A stretch of 64,000 nucleotides of DNA from NCBI GenBank assembly GCA_023334545.1, contig JAADVB010000086.1:1-64000 (forward strand), written 5' to 3'. Shown piece by piece: positions 60,101 through 64,000 of the stretch; the stretch's first letter is position 1, and every line of letters begins with the position of its first letter. A model generated the notes under the pieces. It had not been told where the DNA came from. It saw only the letters and a program-made list of their open reading frames with translations, and did no database searches. Made by a program: the position numbers and the translations under genes. Source of the stretch: Salisapilia sapeloensis CBS 127946. Lineage: Eukaryota; Protista; Oomycota.

Positions 60101-62667
60101 TTCATCTCCGCGTCACGACGTAGTTGCTCTTGTTTCTTTCGACTTTCGAGGTTCATCTGCGCATGCTCCGGCGTGGTCATTTCAATCGACGAGAGCGAGT
60201 TGATGCAAGACGCCAGGAGTGCGAGACTTAGATCAGAGAAAACCATGACTACGTCTGGCATGTCCAACGTGATCTGCTGCTTGCAAAGGTTTTCATCTTC
60301 CTTGTCCTTGTCGAGAGAAATGTTCATAGTCATGCTCGTGGGGACGAGGATGCTCTCGGCGTCCTTGGAGCCTTCAAAGTAGAAGGCTTCCATACCAAAG
60401 CGTGGCGCGTGGAGCGTCATGAGTTCATTATTGTAGTCACTCTCGAGGTGGAAGGCAAAGCTTAGAGGCAGCTCGATGCGACTGTCCACTCCAGTGACGC
60501 TCGTGTGTCGGCTGACATCGAGTCCGGTGGAGATGGCGTCTGAAAATGATGGAGAAGGCACGAGGACGGTGTAGCAGTCGTTCATCTTGAAGTCAATGTC
60601 GAGCAGCATGCCGCCTAGGAGACTGAAGGGAGACAGGTTGGACACCTGCTGCTCATGATTAGCTCCATCCTCTTTGATTTGTTGCTGCACCACAGCGTCA
60701 GGTGTTTGTTCTGACACCGAGACGGCAGGTCGAGCAGCCGCCATGCGCTTCATCAAGTTGGTTGTCAAGCGATCCACGTAGAGTAGGAAGACTTCAAGTG
60801 GGCCAGCAGCTGCCACGAGTCGAACGTGGTTCAATGACGTATCAATCTCCATCTCGCCGCTTTCATACTGGATGTAGCCAGCAGAGAAGAGTTGCGACTT
60901 GGTGCCGTTCGACATGAGACTCAAGTCTCCGTACATGAGCTTCGAGTCTGGAGAGGCAGCTGGTCCGACGGAGACAGAAGCGTCCGTGACGCTGAACTTG
61001 ACTTGCTCAACGTCCATTTCGATCTCCATCACCTTGGCTTCGGGTCCGGATGGCACGGTGTGGGAGGCAAGAGCAATGTCCGCACCGATTAGCGTTAGCT
61101 CTGCCATGTGCTTCTGGTACTCGACGAAGCACAGCTTGAAGTGACTGAGAACGAGTCCAATCTCCATCGTCCGGAACATGATGTTCTCTACCTTTGCTGC
61201 GTTCTTCTGGATAATGTACATGCAGTCGCTCTTGTCTAGTCCGTCTTGCGTACGTGACTCGTCTAGATCAAAGTACTTGTTCAGCTCGAGTGCTTTCGTG
61301 CGTCCGCGTAGGACGGAGTTCAAATGCATGGACTGTTCGATCTTGGTCAATCTTTCCTTATCCTTTTCCGACAGCTTTTCTCTCTTGGCAGAGTTGTTCA
61401 CTTGGAACTCCTTATCCTCATCATTGACCGATCGTTGCATCGACTCTTCCATTTCACTCACACGGAGAGAGTTCACAAGCGCTTGGTGGTTCATATACGG
61501 TACCAAAATATCTCCAATCACACACGTGAGCATCTCTCGTGCCACGTTCATATTACTGATCTCGGGCATAGTCAGGTCGACATCACACAAGCGTTTGTCC
61601 AACGAGATCGGGTACAGATTCTGCACTAGCCCGAGGACGCGAGCGAGAGGTGGCACTTCAGCGTTCAGGCGGATTTCTGGGAAATGCATGAGCGTGGCTT
61701 CATCTTCCAGCTCTTCCTTTTGTCGAGTCTGCGACCCACGTGGAAGCTTCCCAGCAACGATCTTTACTTGCTTTAAAGATGTGGCGTATTTGACTCGAAC
61801 GTCTTCCGACGAAAGTACTTTTTCCAATGCTTCCTCTCGATCACCATCGTGCTGAATCATTGAGAGCATGTCGAAAGACTCGAGGCAGATGCGTAGTTGC
61901 GTAAGACGCATGTCATCGTCCAACTTGATCGAGCTTTCTGACACGGTGTCGGCGTCACTCGACTGGCTTACCTCTCCATCCGGCTCCGTCGTGACCTCAC
62001 CACTCACATTCTTCGGATCAGCAGTGACGATCACATTCACATCGTGCGAATGGAAATCGACTTGCGAGAGCACGAGCTGCAGCACGCGGTCATAGTACGA
62101 GTACGCTTTCTCCGAATTGTCCTCCGAGGCGTTCGACTCTTGTTCCTTTGCTCTAGTCTCGTCTATGGTTTTAATCGAGAGCAACTGGTTAATCAGCCCG
62201 TCTGCCTCTGCGAGCTTCATGCGCACAGCATCTTCAATCGTGAACGCATCCGTCGCGTCTGGATTTAGCGTCGAGACACGCACGCGCACTCCTTTCACTT
62301 CAACCACAAGACGCCACGTCGATGCAAGCCTCACAACAACTTCATCGACTTCCACCGCTTCAACATCAATCGGTGCAAGTCCATCCTTGCAAAAGTTAAG
62401 CGTCCGAAGGAATTCACGTTGAATCTTAATTGCATACAATAAGATCGAAACACCTCGCGCTTCTTCCTTTTCCGTCGCTGAGTTATGTTTTCGAACATGA
62501 ACTGGATCCAGTGAGTATTCGACTTGCAACCCTGACTGCAAGTACGTTCCGCCAAAGCGTGCAACGAGACTCGAGAGCAACGGAAACACCGTGTAGCGTG
62601 CAAGTGTCGGGACGACGCATAGTGACAGCGGTACGAGTACGGACACGAGTGCAACTAGGAAAAACAT
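54130..62667 (-). CDS. VPS13: VPS13-like lipid-transfer protein with EF-hand pair and two C-terminal C2 domains (intronless, ~2850 aa)
   Basis: First ATG at 62667; FGPRYVLQNR, PPYRIENFT, FQLDNMLHSAKFPVI, ADIIGNPVGLVEDLGSG, GIVTKPVEGAMKGGVGGLVSGVVKG; EF-hands DIDKDGNGHIEPDEL and EIDTDGNGNIEFDEL; C2 motifs CDPFCVVRID...TLNPDWQE. Confidence 0.88.
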   Translation of the reverse strand: MFFLVALVSVLVPLSLCVVPTLARYTVFPLLSSLVARFGGTYLQSGLQVEYSLDPVHVRKHNSATEKEEARGVSILLYAIKIQREFLRTLNFCKDGLAPIDVEAVEVDEVVVRLASTWRLVVEVKGVRVRVSTLNPDATDAFTIEDAVRMKLAEADGLINQLLSIKTIDETRAKEQESNASEDNSEKAYSYYDRVLQLVLSQVDFHSHDVNVIVTADPKNVSGEVTTEPDGEVSQSSDADTVSESSIKLDDDMRLTQLRICLESFDMLSMIQHDGDREEALEKVLSSEDVRVKYATSLKQVKIVAGKLPRGSQTRQKEELEDEATLMHFPEIRLNAEVPPLARVLGLVQNLYPISLDKRLCDVDLTMPEISNMNVAREMLTCVIGDILVPYMNHQALVNSLRVSEMEESMQRSVNDEDKEFQVNNSAKREKLSEKDKERLTKIEQSMHLNSVLRGRTKALELNKYFDLDESRTQDGLDKSDCMYIIQKNAAKVENIMFRTMEIGLVLSHFKLCFVEYQKHMAELTLIGADIALASHTVPSGPEAKVMEIEMDVEQVKFSVTDASVSVGPAASPDSKLMYGDLSLMSNGTKSQLFSAGYIQYESGEMEIDTSLNHVRLVAAAGPLEVFLLYVDRLTTNLMKRMAAARPAVSVSEQTPDAVVQQQIKEDGANHEQQVSNLSPFSLLGGMLLDIDFKMNDCYTVLVPSPSFSDAISTGLDVSRHTSVTGVDSRIELPLSFAFHLESDYNNELMTLHAPRFGMEAFYFEGSKDAESILVPTSMTMNISLDKDKEDENLCKQQITLDMPDVVMVFSDLSLALLASCINSLSSIEMTTPEHAQMNLESRKKQEQLRRDAEMKIILDRLRQLFNDIDKDGNGHIEPDELLPLLRSVNIGESLLESEMHYFVKMLFNEIDTDGNGNIEFDELCAFLRTDVSTQEASRAVGEFDGSGHLDGKLDLRAGEYRFEDVIDDLCGANLSSNEDFEKYLEQEDVQEKFWQLYTKETGAKRHELGAQSPLDLQKKLVRLLKNWEAARSVYEKLVIPNLDSRQRQSDIHQWMLQASTRCGGVSEYQSAARLVAKKKRESIFANALTESEHLMQQSRDNCDAPKKKLEFITKCNFGTVHVLLMDPELPDKFHRGDFAIQDIKFSINLWAGDIDAHKPMDWTGVLTSSESEWTMLFGMQLIASCYSDVGDCMEDVIEPWELVAALSSGKGENGVAVLMEAAKRFQINVTPSLLKLYRALMDVLDGEAEHASVQKHEEAVQRALSAQEKRDATCAIENRTGCKVTLQLNEGSEKVEIDADDVAYTGQSAIVAGKASLKYLAVESWGETQGKVDLPEFGRVNVRVQTKGSKPETLLLSVAAYLDKSQEQRLVLESGLTLCNHTSEAYEVKYLIQGGEGRQAYTSDKVSLLSNQRMSLPATAAMGITEIYARPLHSDQWIVHGSLDGDNMTSLEAVQGLDQFEKERQEKVKSKRGGRIVYAENEDTSTHLVQMLTPNLRLRRWHLRSHIEFETSLLPPFVVRNALPYDLEYRFVEYKASGSTNPREEFTRLKKLLHADTLEEDTDIMCGIVSSGRDGEVAGVSTFSPGYISVRLVSKHEGSSKSRQTFYSDWCNPMLMAVHVESEHFTTNKPERVDLGSGIAFNADRLSLLGLPRLLRLSSPYWIINDTSFDLGCASTSPSDKKRDFKEMERAKSFQQPILASLEHDRVSVKPVGVRGSKPDSWRSLGKVSDAAFSSSALETSLADAGWTDPMNTTTINTVGEAYSGSNVLAVKVEGLYGTFERSIALTFGPRYVLQNRLKQKVWVQAVSSHETDVEKVDKHFHARKSEEATVAMSSLEDQETTPLYAFRPLEKNVDMATCSKYMSVSFSDSWGDRSDKEWSFCIPVGSAGDMHIQMYSSARQRYLICQASVQVIDMQVYVTLTDVSVAPPYRIENFTPFTVECAQLGDSSFLSGAKREDSSTVEAGGWHSFAWYNPLAKEHNVEVHLTHPGGETVKQQVELDDVGYHDPMEMKIKRPGVQDEHNSSAMDKVEISVQVAVDGGTRVLTFVETAQEMQRLEDQNSSELDEFQQRKVLFASSIDVRIAGFGLSLFDGLPQEVLFASCDVIEVEKKPSTLTWSFSILHFQLDNMLHSAKFPVIVNPVKSGFSDRRNKTPTPVLQFALDADVSAKVGVYKLMDLQLGALAVKLDIDYLLKLVKLVDPYLVSDTTVYRASMATLDKTLHEPLPPVPAIQVTSDGSLEHHLVYFDAFRIHAMSFSLQYEISRRGIVQTTTGNGRSIIMGFLGQIVGLIGSNMSGSPNFKFSEILIVRCFSTMERLQNQLVQNYVRQAVWQAYRVVGSADIIGNPVGLVEDLGSGVVEFLKITKNEVTGQADTRGEGVKMLGQTFARSGISTVEKITGSLDRFVSNLSDSEEEEEEEAYQQEESSSGTGFAALDGGLNFAKNFGKGITGIVTKPVEGAMKGGVGGLVSGVVKGVTGPGVVILKQVTSTSHGLAMGVQSTMVDRSPFGGRRRSTKLVDDGKVIDDFDDEHYEPKKLDLQIVGAKGLLAGNSCDPFCVVRIDDKEILATKILYNTLNPDWQERTQYALKGSEQTASFIVKDSYGGTIARKFGKVTIPMKQLQKDFSEPEYSSDLDAWVKTGEKPKDLKQNVSRAVAEKEYTLLTSDKPKRTGDYQVIVTILHISNLELPNVENQGQEGKLNKTRPYMTVKVGRHSSETKTSKLRMSGTKKGRENSVVWNDAFTFALKAKDYKDAEKDPYIDLTLKDDGTWKDVKLGFASPPLRLPKENEEASERTEQIPLKEKEDGSGKVVGYVSAKVQVLSASAVGATDDASRVGTVVVSCKFE

Positions 62668-62834
62668 GGCGTATGTCTTGCCTTGGAATCCCCAGAGGAA
62701 AAGTGTGCGGAATGGAGAGTGAATGTTCAACCTCGAGATCTTTCCTCTCGGCTTCAGATCGCGGAATGAGATGGAAAACGAGGTAACTCAGGTGAGGTTG
62801 TACGAAAGTTGCTTGGATACCGTCAGGTTGCTGG

Positions 62835-63347
62835 ATGACGCACTTGAGACGGATGAAGCAGGTCACGCTGGCGCTGTTATGGCGACGGAGTGGGAAGGAG
62901 GTGAAGCAAGTGCTGTTGGGTATGAAGAAGAGAGGACATGGGATGGGCAAATGGAATGGGTTTGGTGGGAAAGTTGAGGAGTCCGATGCGAGTGTCGCGG
63001 CGGCGGCAGCGAGAGAGATTGAGGAAGAGTGTCGAGTGGTCGTGCGAGAGCAGGATTTGGAACATCGAGGTGTGCTCAGGTTCTCGTTTGAGAACAGTGT
63101 CAAGTCGTTTGAGACGCATATCTACATTGCGGAGGTTTTTACAGGTGAGCCGATGGAGACGGAGGAGATGAGGCCGCACTGGTATAGCGTCGAGGAGATT
63201 CCGTACGATGAGATGTGGACAGATGACAAGTTGTGGCTGCCGCATATACTACAAGGCAAATCTGTTGATGGAGAATTCCACTTTGAAGAAGATGAAGCAA
63301 CCATCATAAGTCAGCATTTGGAAGTGATAGATACCCCGAAGGCGTAG
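62835..63347 (+). CDS. NUDT1: NUDIX hydrolase, 8-oxo-dGTPase (MTH1-like)
   Basis: LLGMKKRGHGMGKWNGFGGKVE...AAAREIEEE (Nudix box), ETEEMRPHWY, IPYDEMWTDD. Confidence 0.93.
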   Translation: MTHLRRMKQVTLALLWRRSGKEVKQVLLGMKKRGHGMGKWNGFGGKVEESDASVAAAAAREIEEECRVVVREQDLEHRGVLRFSFENSVKSFETHIYIAEVFTGEPMETEEMRPHWYSVEEIPYDEMWTDDKLWLPHILQGKSVDGEFHFEEDEATIISQHLEVIDTPKA

Positions 63348-63454
63348 GATGCTGTTCATTGCTAAAAACAATCAATCTGCGTTTGTCATTCTCTATCTAC
63401 TGACCAGAGCTGTACAATAATAAATACATATATGAATATACTTTAAGTGATTTG

Positions 63455-64000
63455 GCCGCGTTCGTGCTGAATGCCGACTCGGCAACTTTGGGGAGTTGCT
63501 TGTTGTAACCCTGTTCATGATATTCGAATCGGGTCATTCCTCGGTTGCTGACAATAGTCGACTTTGCTTTGCTACCTACCACTGGAAGCTCAAGGTAGCA
63601 CTTTAATATAGTTTTACCGTCAAACGAGGAGTATGAATTCAAGCGATCGTTCGTCTTTGATGCAATCAGGAAGAAACGATCTTTGAGAAGACTTCAAGCC
63701 ACGCCGGATGCTCGAAATGTGCAAATTTGTAAAAGCGCGCTAACGACTTGGTGAGCTCTTCGTTTTACTTGCGCTATTGAGCTCTTCGCTATTATTTCAG
63801 AACATACAAAGTACAGTGGTGGACGGAGCAGTTTATCGATATTTGTAAATCACACTGTACTCGTCCCAGTGAAATGGCGAACAGCTCAATGTTGCAAGTA
63901 AATCGCATGCAACTTCAACCTGAAGAGCTACTGAGGATACGCTTGACACTATTCCCCACCAAGGCATGATAGAGGAACGGATGATACACACGGATAGGAA
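63455..64000 (-). pseudogene. Degenerate hydrophobic coding region (copy C), 3' part; continues beyond the window
   Basis: 63653-64000 aligns clearly with 36657-36979 (e.g. cagtttatcgatatttgtaaatcacactgta identical); 63455-63640 aligns more weakly with 36115-36300, with a ~350-bp deletion relative to copy A. Confidence 0.75.

Noticed and set aside
1-64000. tRNA, rRNA, CRISPR arrays, telomeric repeats
   Set aside because: None recognised by eye; tRNAscan-SE or Infernal would be needed to exclude small RNAs.

Overview
Eukaryotic, almost certainly oomycete (stramenopile) DNA: it carries a GPCR-PIP-kinase fusion, a temptin-like protein and a TKL receptor kinase, and introns are short (about 45-80 nt, GT-AG). 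The window has two compartments. (1) GC-rich, very compact housekeeping blocks at 1-35.4 kb and 53-63.35 kb: temptin-like, AAR2, TKL kinase, PPME1, THOC2, nucleotide-sugar transporter, AFF-CHD-like, VPS29, CASTOR-like, WW/peroxin-dysferlin coiled coil, SMP-30, tRNA m3C methyltransferase, receiver-domain protein, ADCK1, TPR, GPCR-PIPK, ERGIC3, TCAIM-like, galactokinase, trypsin, VPS13-like, NUDT1. (2) An AT-rich block at about 35.5-53 kb (and again after 63.35 kb) that looks nearly empty in the ORF track. Read on the minus strand with splicing, it holds two tandem ~4-kb paralogous units in which each leucine-rich repeat is its own 60-72-nt exon flanked by phase-2 introns. A four-exon module is present twice in one paralog and once in the other. 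Each array is followed by a homologous hydrophobic coding relic that recurs four times in the window. The same block contains an intact, intronless 1107-aa ankyrin/18-residue-repeat coiled-coil gene bracketed by ~370-bp near-identical direct repeats. All alignments and splice calls were made by eye; no database search was run.
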